Origin: Neophaeotheca triangularis
Taxonomy: Eukaryota
Direction of reading: 5' to 3'
Assembly: GCA_054600435.1 (NCBI GenBank)
Contig: BAAIJX010000054.1
Coordinates: 1 to 64,000 of the forward strand
Length of the DNA: 64,000 nt
Position 1 is the first letter of the stretch. The number at the start of each line of letters is the position of its first letter. This document shows, in pieces, positions 35,148 to 46,867 of this stretch. The notes beneath the pieces were generated by a model. It had not been told where the DNA came from and did no database searches. It was given only the letters and a program-made list of their open reading frames with translations. The position numbers and the translations under genes were made by a program.

Positions 35148-37913
35148 TCACGTGAACCTCCGCTCCAAAGCATCCACCCTCGCCCTCATCACAGTGTCAA
35201 GGTAGACCGCGGCCTTGTTGGCACTTTCCTGCAGCGCAGCAGAAAACCTCTTCTGCTCCACCGTCACCACATTCGCCGTGACACACATGGAGTCGAAGGT
35301 GTTGTGCAAGTCCTTGAAGAGCAATTCGACATCGGCGGTGAGCTCCGATTGCTCGCGAGCGAAGAGAGACTGCAAGTCATTGCTGATGCCGTTGCACACC
35401 GCTCCCCAAATATTGTTCGTCCTCGTCACCTCCTTCTTGAAAGCGACTTTACGATACTGAGCCCACCCCATCTTTGGTTGATCCAGGGCGACGCCTTCCG
35501 CGGAGGTAACAGTGCCTCGTCCCACGAATTGTCGGATTTGACGGTATACCGCGAGCATGGCTTCGCCGATGTAAGACTCGTCGGCGCAATTGGTAGCTTT
35601 CCGGCGGATCTCCCTGCACGATGTTAGCCCAGTGGTCTTTCGCTTGATAGGAAAAAGTCCAGACTTACTCGATGCCATCGTCCAGCCGTAATTGCGCGGC
35701 GTTGCAACGCTCTTGCAGGCGTGATTTTTCGATCTCGACATACTCAAAGTACGGCGCAAGCTTCATGAGGGGAGCACAGTCGTCATCTACACAACACTGG
35801 GTTAGTCACAGCACAAAATGTGAAAGTCATCGGCGGACACCATACCTTTGATCTTGCGAATCATGTCCACAACGACATTCTCCAGGGAGGCGATCATGTC
35901 CTCGAGGTTCTGAGAAATGTGACTTGAGACGCCAGAGTCTTTGTCGAAGACACCCGCGACAGCTTCTGCGTTCAAGCGCAAGAGCTCAAGACTCAGGTCG
36001 ACGCCATTGTTGCCACGACGGAATCCATCCTTCCTCATGAGCGCCAGGAACGCCGCTGTGTTGTTCTTTGCATTCGAAGTTTGCTTGTCGCAGAGTCTTG
36101 CGGCCTTTGCTGTCCAGTCTTTTTCTTGATTCCGAATGGGTTTGACAAGTTTGGCCTCCAGCGCCGTGGCAATGTGACCGAACCCTTCTTTGATAACCCC
36201 AGGGAAGCCGGCAAGGGATGCCTTGATGTGACTCATGATGGCGCTTTTCCTCTCGATTGGAGATCGCATAGCATAAATTTCGTATCGCTTTCCAAGTGCC
36301 GGAAAAGCGGTGCGCTGCTGGTGTCTCGCTTCGTTCAGCCTTGACATGTTTGGAGCGCGGCAGAGGTGTGCCCGAAGCGCTGGAATATTTGTTTGCTCAG
36401 GCGTCAAGGTCGGCGCTTCCAACTCCAAGTGCGACTCGAGGTTCTTCTCGTACTGCTCGTTCGAAATTGAAAAGATTGGAATCCTTTCCGCGTACCTGGT
36501 GGCCGTCTTCAACTTTTCCTGCAGAGCGTCTTCATTGACCCTCGAACGGACCGCTATCCGCAATGCCGACCCCAGATCCTCGGCGCGCTTGGAAAAGACT
36601 CGCAACCTGTGCCGTTGAGCTTTAAGGCTCTTCAGTTCCAAGTCTCTGTTTACGCCGCTTTTCTCGCCCGCGATCGCCAGATCGACAGCGTTAAGTTCGT
36701 TGCCAAAACGTGTCGCTAGATCCTTCGCCTGCCGGATATTTTGCTTCTCTTGATTGTGATGCTCGTCCGGGATCTTGCCTTTTTTGATGATGTCCGACTT
36801 GGAAATGACTAGCATGATCCTACCATCCCTGATCACTTTACGGCTCGACCGGACCTCTTTGGTCAAAGTTCTATCGTCCTTTCCTCTTGACGCATCCGTA
36901 ACAAAGCAGATGTGGGTGCAGGTTCGGCGAAAGGCTGCCGCGTTCTTACGCCGTATGCGCGAAGAATCTCCAAGGCCGGGGGTATCGAGCAGAACCAGGC
37001 CTTGTTGAAGAAGAGGGCTATCGAGGAAAACATCAATCGAAGACACCAGGGGCCACACTTTGGTAGAGCCCTCGAGTTCTTCATCAGAGTCAACATCAGA
37101 GTCGTCATCGTCCTCGTTATCTCGTCCAGTGTACGGGCCAAGCTGTTTGACAAGAAGCCCTGCCGTTGCCGCCGTGACAGTCACTTTCTCCGGGAGCGCA
37201 AGAGCGTCGAGCCAGCGATAGCATTGCTCTAGCAATGTGTTGTCGTCTTCTGATCGGGCAGTCTGCAGGAATTCTTTCACTGCATCCTTGTCCCGGCAGA
37301 CCTTGCGACTGCGGAACAATGCCAGGAAAAAATTGACTGCGTTCTTGCGCGTGTCGGCATCGTCGTCGTCGTCGTCGTCGTCACTCACTCCTCCGCCGCT
37401 TTCATCATTCGAGCGCGACGATTTGTAGTACCGTGAGAATCGTTGCTCCTTGCGGTTGAAAAACGACACCACCGCCATAAAAGGCTCTTGTTGGCCGGGC
37501 TTCGAGCACTGAAAGCGCTGTGTGACCCAGGTACAGCTACCTTCGGTTCCGGTGGTGGCGATCTCGCCCACGTTCAGAAGTGAGTTCAACGTGCTGCTCT
37601 TTCCAGTGCCCATGCTGCCCAGCATCCCGATGATTATCGGCTGCGACTTGTGCTGGAGGATTCGAGATTGAGCTTCTTTGAGCAAGACATCGGTGCCTTC
37701 CGTTGCCATCTTCAAGTTCCTGATCGGCTGTGTGAGGATGTTGAATAACTCGCTTTTGCTCTGCTCGAAAGCGGCCCATTCTGCACTGTCGAGTACGGCG
37801 CCGGTGTTTTCTTCGGAGGAAGGGTTGTATGCTGGGACTTTGTGTTTCAAGGGAGGCCGCTCAATATGGTCTTCGTCGGGTGCAGGGCGTTTGGTGCCTG
37901 CTAAGGAAGCCAT
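35148..37913 (-). CDS. Dynamin-superfamily P-loop GTPase (Dynamin_N / SLIP-GC-like), 3 exons
   Basis: G1 GSMGTGKSSTLNSLL, G2-like GSCT, G3 LLDTPGLGD, G4-like SKSD and a long helical C-terminus. Two short GT-AG introns (~35845-35787 and ~35668-35614) splice in frame. Confidence 0.8.
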
Positions 37914-39456
37914 GTTAGCCCAGCGAGTGGATCTGCTAGTGTGTAATGTTAGCAAACGTCTTTTGTGGCAGTAGGCATTTGAGTGTCCTCGAGTGCTCGT
38001 AGTGAAGCTAAATGTCAGGTATGCGTAGTACTTACAGGAGCGTTGCCTCCAGGCGACAAATCCAATTGTTCAAGTCGTGAGCCGCAGCGAGTAGTTGGGT
38101 ACTAGATACCGAGCGTATTAGATGAAGTTGAAAGTAGATGGCTGCTGGCAACGAGCAATTCTGCCGCCCTGGTAGGCAGATAGTGTTGGAGGTTCCGAAA
38201 GATGCAACGAAGCGAAGGTATATGTGGGAGTTGAAGAGAGCTACCACAGCAAATTGTCGCTATTCCCTTTTCGGTATCGGCATTGAGACTTGCGTCAAGC
38301 AGTTGGGCGTGACGCATTTTACGATTCTCAGTTCACTCACCCGCTTCACTGTAATTCCCAATGGTGCTTGTGTCTTGGTGGCAGCATGTAGCAGCCTGGG
38401 CGTGTTTTAAACAGGCAGACGAATAATCTAGGCTGTCTAAGACAATTCCACTGTATTCGAACTTGCACACCATCTCAGTGTCCGGATCTCGATATCTCAA
38501 CGTGCGGTTGAAGCTCAGGGGGCGCTATTCCAGGATAGAGACACGGTCGTCACTCACTTTGGCAGCAAGCTCGTGATCATTTGACATTCACCTTGACGGT
38601 CAAGTGAGCGCATTAGCTTCCAATGTCATGCTTACCCCGTTCCAGTAGCTTTGGACGTACTGAGCGTAGCTCCGTTACGTTCAGCCGCCAGAAAGCCCAC
38701 AGTACCATTGATCCTTTCCCAGCACTACAAACACGGCCGATGGACAGCTCGATGCTCTTTGCGAACAACAACCCCAACGGCAGCAGGGTAGTGTCAGCAT
38801 ACCATACAGTCCGCCATCATAGCACTGGACCTTGTACAGACAACTGGTTTCGCAACGGCCAGCTGGGTAACCGAGAGTACCAGTCCAATGCCCCCGGCGC
38901 AGGGGAGACGCTGCAATGGCAGTGCGGTCCAGTGTTCTTCTTCAGCGCAGGTCCGAAAAGAATGGCTCGTGAATGCGGCGAGTTGGCCGGGAGCAAAATT
39001 CCAATAGTGCCTTGTGCCTCTGGTGCAGAAGACAGACTAGATGGGCAGCGCGGCCTAGCATGCCCTGGAACATAAGTCACTCCTGTTGGCTTTTTCGGCC
39101 TCTGGAGGAGGGGTTGGTCGGGCGGAAACAAAGGCTTGGGACTATCTGTGGTACGAGTCGACTGTCACTGACCCAGTACGTGGGGTACACGTTGATCGCC
39201 TATCAGAGTATCTTAGAAACTGACGCGATCATCCGGGAGGGTAGCTAAGGAGTCCGTCAGTCTAGCTTCGCACTTTGAAGCAGGATACTAGTAAACATAC
39301 ATCAACTTCTCCTTTTGCCTAACAACGGGTGTAAGAGGCGGGAATGATGCGACAATGCTCCCCCTGTTCTGAAAAGCCTTGCTGCTACAAACTCTGTTGA
39401 AAATATTTACTCACCCTACCCAAACTCCACGCATTTTCCGAAATATACATCATCCA

Positions 39457-40364
39457 TTAACAACAGCCACCTTTCTTCGCTCCGCCTCCCCCTCCCATAC
39501 CCAAGTTTACTGTCCTCGCATTGTTCGTTCCCCCACCTGCTCCAGGTCCCTTAACCCCGCTCCTCTTGTCATTCAAGTCATACCGCCCTGCCTCGATATT
39601 CTGCCAGATCCTCTCGGCGACTTCCAGGAAAGCCCTCTCAACTCCTTCTCCACTCTTAGCGCTCGTCTCCACGTACTGCATTACGTTGTTCTCCCTACAC
39701 CACTCTTGCGCCTCCTCTTGCGTGACCTGCCGTTGGTTTGGCTTTCCCGAAGCTGCTGCTGTGGCCTCATCACCCTCGCTGACTGTAGAAGCGGGCGCAA
39801 GATCCGATTTGTTCCCTACGAGAATGATTACCAGATTTTCCTCGGCAATTTGACGCAAATCATGCAGCCAGGAGGTTGCCGAGTTGAAGGTATTGCGCCG
39901 GGTGATGTCAAAAACGAGGAGAGCGCCGCTCGCACCGCGAAAGTACGAGCGTGTTATCGATTTGTAGGTTTCCTGTCCAGCAGTGTCCCAGAGTGAAAGC
40001 TTCATGTGTTTCTGCTGGGGTTCGGATTGCGCAGCATTGCCCTTCTTCACCGGCGGGGCATTGGGTGATCGCGTCGTGGTAGCATTGTCGGCAGGGTTGT
40101 TGATGTTGTATTCGAGGCTCGCGGGAGGGCCTACGGGTACGATCCTCGATCCGAACTCGACACCAATTGTCACGTCGTGGTGAGGGGAGAAGCGGCCTTC
40201 GCAGAGTCGAATGGTCAGCTAGGGACATCAGCATGGAATTGCTGGTGTTGGGCAGCTACATGATATTGGTGTAGGCTTTGGAAGAGTCTGCGTACACTTG
40301 ATTTACCACTGCCGGAGTCGCCTAGGGAGACGATTTTAGCGATGTAGTCCCATTGGCCCGCCAT
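39457..40364 (-). CDS. Rab-family GTPase (Rab2/Rab4/Ypt4-like), 2 exons
   Basis: WDYIAKIVSLGDSGSGKSS, TIGVEFG, WDTAGQE, YFRGA, GNKSD, ETSAK and a C-terminal GGCC prenylation site. Confidence 0.92.
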
Positions 40365-41057
40365 GATAGTTGGAGTCTGGAGGTATGAGGGTGGTTATGC
40401 TGGCCTAGTAGTAGCGAACGAGTGAATAGTAGTGCACAGGAGGATGCCAACACCTGTGGACCTTGAAGCCGGTTGAATATATGCTGGTCCAATGGTAGAA
40501 GGTAGCAAATGAATGAGCAATGGTTGGTCAAGGGCACAAGCAAGTGAAGTGAGGTTGAATAGCTCCAGATGCGGGCCGACGCCTCAAGCACGTGAAGCTC
40601 CCGTCGCCTCGTTGTACATACTAGGGCGACATTGCATCACAGGGCGTCCCTCGAGGTCTGGCCCGTGTCGGCGGAGATCTTGGAGCTGCCTCGACATAAT
40701 CAACATCGACATCAACACCTTCGATAAACACTACCTACCGTAGTCGATATAGGATGATTTAATACTGGCCGAAACAAACATTCACTCAAGGCGCCGATAT
40801 CCCCGCACGCCCGCCTCAGCTGCAATTAACAGTCAAGCATTCCAATTCACAACATCGACGTGATTCATAGAACCCTGCGTCACAGCGTACGCCGTGACTC
40901 TTCCATTCTCAGCTAGATAGTTAGGTGTCTTCAACGTCTTCCTTTTCCTTTCATGTTCCACAGTCTCAACAAGATAAGACCGATACAGCTTTTCTTTGGT
41001 TCGATAACTACTCCTTACAGATTCCGCATACCAACGACTCGAACGCCAACGCGCACC

Positions 41058-41847
41058 ATGGCTTCCATCATCAGAGACGAGCCAAAGCGCTCCGAAAACA
41101 CCACACCCGCGCAAGACAACTCCAAACCACCCGTCGTCTGCGTCTTGTAAGCCTCAACCCCTCGAGAAGCCAATCTGCCTCCCATCCTAACCTCCAAATC
41201 ACAGCTGCGGCGCCTCCCCCGGCACAAACCCCGCTCATATGGCCGCCGCCCGTGCGCTAGCCCACCAGCTCCACGAAAATGGCATGCATCTTGTCTACGG
41301 CGGCGGCACGGTAGGAATCATGGGCGAAGTGGCCAAAACGCTCGTAGCCCTCTCCGGTCCCTCGGCCGTTCACGGCATTATCCCCGGCGCTCTGATGAAA
41401 TTCGAGCGGAAGTTCGACTCCAATGGGCAGGAACAGGACGATGGGCAGAACGGGAAGAGGGAGATTGACGAGAGTGTATACGGTAGGACGACTGTAGTCA
41501 AGGACATGCATACGCGGAAGCAGATGATGGCTAGGGAGGTCATCGAGAGTGGGCCTGGGGGCGGTTTCGTTGCGCTGAGCGGAGGGTATGGGACGTTGGA
41601 GGAGTTGATGGAGGTTGTGACCTGGAATCAGTTGGGGATTCACGAGAGGGGCGTGGTGGTTCATAATGTTGATGGGTATTGGGATGGCTTGATGCAGTGG
41701 GTGAGGAAGGCGGTGGACAGCGGCTTTGTTGGTGAGAAGAATCGGGGGATTATGGTTGAGGCTACGGAGGCGGAGGACGTTATCAAGGCGTTGAAAGGGT
41801 ATGAGGTTAGCGAGGGAAGGTTTAGATTGCACTGGGGGGAGAAGTAA
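41058..41847 (+). CDS. LOG1: LOG-family nucleotide 5'-monophosphate phosphoribohydrolase, 2 exons
   Basis: VVCVFCGA, LVYGGGTVGIMG, DMHTRKQMM and SGGYGTLEELMEVVTWNQLGIH. Confidence 0.9.
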
Positions 41848-41958
41848 AGAGGAAGTACTGGGCGGGGTGCGGTCCATGGGCATGGGTTGGGGTTGGTGGT
41901 AAGAATACAGTTGCATTGGCGCATGATGTTACGCAATAAATCAATATATCTTATACCT

Positions 41959-43464
41959 TCAGCTCGACTTGTCTCTTTGCTTCGCTTCATGCTCGACCCT
42001 TCTCCTAACATCTTCCCCAATGAGATCTTTGAGCCACTTCTGCCCTTCTCCCCGGCAGGCAAAGACAGCACGGACATTGCCCTTACCCAAGACTTGTACT
42101 GAACCTTTGCCAGTCTCCACCGTGCCTAGTTCCATGGCCTCGGGCAAATCCCTCCAGATCAAGTCTTGCCCCTCCCAGTTCCTACTCCGAACATACTCAA
42201 TCACTCGCTTTGCTTGAGCTTCACCCGAGACCTCGAACAGGACAACCTTTGCGTCCATTTCATCCGCAATTTGCAAAAGGCGAGGGTAAAACCGGTCTTC
42301 CCGGGGCACACTCTCCCCTCCGATCATCGATTTGCCACCCTCTTCTTCCTCAGGCACAAGAGCACGCCTCGGCTCATGCTCCCTCACAGACTTCTCAGTA
42401 ACAGTCTCAAACTCCTCGGGCGAGACATACGGCGGATTCGAGATCAAAACATCAAACTGCGGACTTGTCACGACTTCTTTGGAAAGCCCCGACTTTGTCA
42501 AAGCCTTGCCAACCGCGTAAACAAGGCCCTCCTTGCTAAACACGTCCCCCACTTGAAACTGCGTGCAGAGCGTAGATCTATCTCTCGCTAGACTAACGAC
42601 ACCCTGCGCTTGCTGCTTCTGCCGCCTCGTGTTGCGGTTTTTCGCAACCCACGCTTTGTAAGCGTCGCGCTCGGCTTCCTGGACGAAAGCTTTGTTTTCA
42701 GTCGCCAGCTGCACCGCCGTTTCGGCAGCATCGATGCCGATCATTCGCAGCAGCGTATTGGCCCCGGGCGATTTTCCGTCATTGCCGTTGGTGTTGTGAA
42801 AGGTGTGCTGGAATTGCAAGGGTATGCAGCCGCTGCCGCTGCAGAGGTCGAGGACTTTGAGCTCCTGGGGGAAGTCTTTGCAGCCTCGGCGAGCGGTCGC
42901 GAGGATGTGGGCAAGGTACGTCACTATCGAGGCAGTCTCCCATCTGGAGTTGCACTTTAGATTGATTGGGAAGAGTGGTCCTGGTGGCAATGGCAGGTCT
43001 TACCTGGGTATCAGCACGCCTTTGCGGCATTCCAGCTCTATATCGCCGAAGAACTCTGTCCCTAGGATGTACTGCAGAGGTTCACCACTTGCTCTCCTGC
43101 TGACAAAGTCCTCGATGGTCGTTGTGATGAAGTTCTCGGTGGCTTCTTTGGAAATCTTGCTAGCATCAACCGTGCCGGCATTCTCGACATGTTGTACGGC
43201 GCCCTCGCGAAGCCATTTCAATTCTCCTCGAGCGGACTCGAGATCACCGCAGATGTCGAGTAACCTTTGCGCTTGGTCCTCGGACCTTTCTGTAACCGAT
43301 TCTTTTACCCTTGCAGCTGTCTCGGGTTCAACATCGCTGAAGCGGCGGGTCTGCGGTTGGAGATTAGGGTAGACGGTTAAATGGTTCACGCTTGCGAGTC
43401 CACCCTTCTGGGAGGTCTTCGCCCATAGAGGGACGCCTGCAAGACGTCGTTGCACCCGATGCAT
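41959..43464 (-). CDS. MTQ1: HemK/PrmC-type release-factor glutamine N5-methyltransferase (mitochondrial, Mtq1-like), 2 exons
   Basis: RRASGEPLQYILG...VLIPR|WET, LDLCSGSGCI, ISNPPY and SVREHEPRRAL. Start codon uncertain. Confidence 0.85.
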
Positions 43465-43781
43465 CCAAGCACACGTGGAAGTTGGGCGCGTTGATGCAAG
43501 ATTGAAGTTGTGGTGTGAGGCGAATGTCCGCCGGGATGGACCGTGCTGGCATCTGCAGTCTTCTCGCAGTGGACCTTGACCACATTCATTAGGTATTCTT
43601 CGCCATTATGTCTCATTATCACAATACTTTACAGGACCTGATGTTGCCGCTGGTTGGCGTGTGAGAACGCCATCGTACGATTCGGCACGAAGCAGCTTGA
43701 CACGCGAACCAAAAGACGAACTTTACATAGCAAAAACACCTGCTATCAATATGTCGTCCCCAAACACCATGCTGAGCATGA

Positions 43782-44549
43782 TTACAAGAATCCTTCTTCC
43801 CTCAGCTTCTTCTGCTGCTTCTTGATCTTCTTATTCGCAGCCTTGCACATGACCTTTGCGACCGTCCACCACCCAAATTCCTCACAATACAGCAACCCCT
43901 TTGCATTCTCTTCCTTCTTCTTCTTTTCCGCCTCCTTGGCCCACATTTTCTTCCGGTTCTGATAGTTAATCCCATCACCCATCATCGGAGGCGGCGGGCA
44001 CCTCCCCGTCGCAGGCTCACACACTACACGCGGGCCCTCACGGCACTTGGAATCGGCCACCGGCGGTGCGCCTGCGCCATAGATGGCTTGCTGGATACAT
44101 TTGGTCTGCATAATCTGCGTCGAGCCCTGCACGTGAAACTGCCAGCCGTAGGGCTCGTCGTTGTCGAGCTCCTCGATCCTGTAGTGGAAGCTGACGCCCA
44201 TGTCGCCGCAGGAGTTCAAGCCATCCATCAAGCCCTTGTACCGCTCGCCTTCGCCGTGGTCGCCGTGTAGGTATCTCGGATCCCATCCTGCGCCCCAGAT
44301 GTCTGTGTAATAATTCTCGACGAGTGGACGGTCGTCGCCGCGGATCAGGCAGTAGGCTTTCGGGATGCGGTGGCCATGGGAATCGTTGATGAAGCCACTG
44401 ACTGGTGCTGGTGTCACGATGCCGAGTTTGATGGCGGTCTGGTTATTCTCTTGTCCTGCTGCTCTAGCGCCATTGCTTTGTGATCCTCCTACTGTAGTGC
44501 CGTTGCTGTATGCGGCAGCTGCCAGGGTTGAGACTAGGCTGAGGCGCAT
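43782..44549 (-). CDS. Predicted secreted protein of unknown function (paralog of 45325-45963)
   Basis: Signal-like MRLSLVSTLAAAAYS, plus the domain DIWGAGWD...GLMDGLNSC...GWQFHVQG...CIQQAIYGAGAP. Confidence 0.7.
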   Translation of the reverse strand: MRLSLVSTLAAAAYSNGTTVGGSQSNGARAAGQENNQTAIKLGIVTPAPVSGFINDSHGHRIPKAYCLIRGDDRPLVENYYTDIWGAGWDPRYLHGDHGEGERYKGLMDGLNSCGDMGVSFHYRIEELDNDEPYGWQFHVQGSTQIMQTKCIQQAIYGAGAPPVADSKCREGPRVVCEPATGRCPPPPMMGDGINYQNRKKMWAKEAEKKKKEENAKGLLYCEEFGWWTVAKVMCKAANKKIKKQQKKLREEGFL

Positions 44550-45324
44550 TTCGAGACGATTTCTTGCGTAGGAGAGTGATGGGGAAGAAATGTGCAATGT
44601 GAGTACTTTGCGGGAGATCCGAACGATGATATAATTGCCATAGCGCTGCTTTCTTTACTCTCTTGGTGTAGCGAATCGATCGTTGCTTGTAAGCAAGTCA
44701 CCTATAAGCTGCTTCAGATTGGTTCCTGCTGACGGGACCATTCGAAGTTGCGCTTTCTAATGGAGCTACTAAACACGGACATGGACAATTTGAAGACAAC
44801 CTTGTCATTGTCCAGGAATCGCAGATTGCAATTCCGGGCCGAATCCACGGATGTGCAAGATGTTCAACACGGGTGCGGAGGACCTGAAGGCAAGGAATAC
44901 TGTCTCAATTCCATTTGCTTGCAGACTGCTGTCACGCTAAGTCTTCTAGAATTAAGACTTATACCTTGTCAGGATGCCTCTGTCTCGATCCCGCAAAGGC
45001 TGGTGCATCCCCGAGAAGCCACCTACATGGGAACGTCCGCTCTTGGTGGTATCTTGCGCGAGCTACTCATCAAGTCATTTTCAAAGATTGGACGGGAGGT
45101 TCAGATCACGTTTCCAAGCCGTACACCTCTGCCAGTCTCTATGCGAAAAGTGTATTTCCAACATGTAGGTACAAAGTTCTCCCCTCCTTCGACCCCCCGT
45201 CTTGCTTGTCCGCATCTATCATAACCTACCTCAATACGACACGGGCGCATTCTCAGTGCTGAGGCAAATAATAGCGTCCAAATTCTGGATATTGCGGACT
45301 TGCCCATCCAACTAAACCGCCACC

Positions 45325-45963
45325 ATGCGCGCCTATACTACCGGTGGCGCTGCCCTATACACGGCTTTCCTATTCACCACACTCGGCGCCGCCGCTCCAC
45401 GAACCTTCTTCAAGACCGCCACTATCAGAGCAACGCCCACGATCGCAGAAACGTCGACGCCCACCACTAATTTCACCATCCAACTGACTTCCTTACCCCC
45501 GAGTCTCGTTGCCAGAGATGAATCGCACCACCCAGAAAAGTGGGCTAATTTCCCCCCACCTTGGGAGCCCCAGGTCTCGTGCTGGGTGACCGGAAATCCT
45601 CTATATGACTGGTACGATATCTACGGCAAAGACTGGAATGACTACAAACTCCATCAGTCGAGCACGGAGCGCAAAGGCAGAGGCTTGCACCACGAGCTCA
45701 AGAAATGTCACCTTTACAGCTGGCACTTTGAGATGCTGACAAATGACCCGAAGGGCTACGAGTGGCATGCGCACGGTAAGTCGATGCCGTGGGCGGAGGG
45801 TTGCATCGAGAAGGCCATGCTGGAGGCAGGTGTTCCGGCCGAGGCCAAGAAGATGTTCTGCTATGGGCAAGGGATTGATGATGCTTTTAAGAGGAGAAAG
45901 GCGTATAGCTCGTGGACCAGGGCGATAGCGAAAGGCGAGCCGACGAGTGCGATATGGTATTAG
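45325..45963 (+). CDS. Predicted secreted protein of unknown function (paralog of 43782-44549)
   Basis: CACCATG start, signal peptide, T-rich linker, and DIYGKDWN...GLHHELKKC...GYEWHAHG...CIEKAMLEAGVP. Confidence 0.75.
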   Translation: MRAYTTGGAALYTAFLFTTLGAAAPRTFFKTATIRATPTIAETSTPTTNFTIQLTSLPPSLVARDESHHPEKWANFPPPWEPQVSCWVTGNPLYDWYDIYGKDWNDYKLHQSSTERKGRGLHHELKKCHLYSWHFEMLTNDPKGYEWHAHGKSMPWAEGCIEKAMLEAGVPAEAKKMFCYGQGIDDAFKRRKAYSSWTRAIAKGEPTSAIWY

Positions 45964-46867
45964 GAAGGCGAAGCAGATGCCGGAAGGGGTGGCCGGGTAG
46001 CGCCGATAATTACACGTCCGTCCTATGCTTAGATTGACGGAGCGTTTTGGCAGGAGTAGCAGGTGGTATTTCGTGGGTCCAGGAGGTAGTTGTATTGTTC
46101 CGAAACCGTGAATCCATACCCGTACGCTCGTCGCTCATAAGCTCATTTCGAACGGCGCTAGCGAATGGCTGTTTTTCAATTCTAGACAGTGGCCTCTGCT
46201 CAGTTTTTTGAGAAACTCGCCGGGATATTATGAGAGACGTCTTTCGCCAGGGATACTTCTAGCGAAAGTTTTTGACGTCCTGTCAGCGGATTCTCGTTGT
46301 CCCCGCCGGCTTGTGGTCATCTCTCAGCTCAGAAGCTTCCATGGTTCGAGGCACGCCACAGAAATGTGAGCGTCGAAGTGTGATTGCAGATGGGAAAGGG
46401 AAATATTGTCAAAATGCGCCAGGGAGGCGTTTGGAGATCGAGATGCTACATCATCTTTCCATTGATGGTCATTCCCAGGTAGTTCGATGTATGATTTGCA
46501 TCGCTCTCAGCAAATCTCGATGACCAAAGTATCCCGGCGAGTTCTTGTAGAAGTGAGCAATGGCAGTGCCCAAAATTTAAAAAACAGCCTCCGGCTAGCG
46601 TACATCCTGGGCGGCCAATGAGATGGTTCGAAAGGTGTTTGAGATAGTGACGGCACGTCGGTCAGCAATGGATTGCATCTCTCCCTTGTCGTTCCATGTA
46701 CGGGACGGTGGGAGTACGGACGAATGTTGTTGCATTGAATGAAAGGAAGAGGAAGTTATTGTCAAGCCATAGTATATTCAGTACTACTGCAATATTTCGT
46801 AACCAACTAATGATTAAGCATCACCATCGTCATCATCAGTTAAACATCGTTCCGTGTCCGTCCATAT

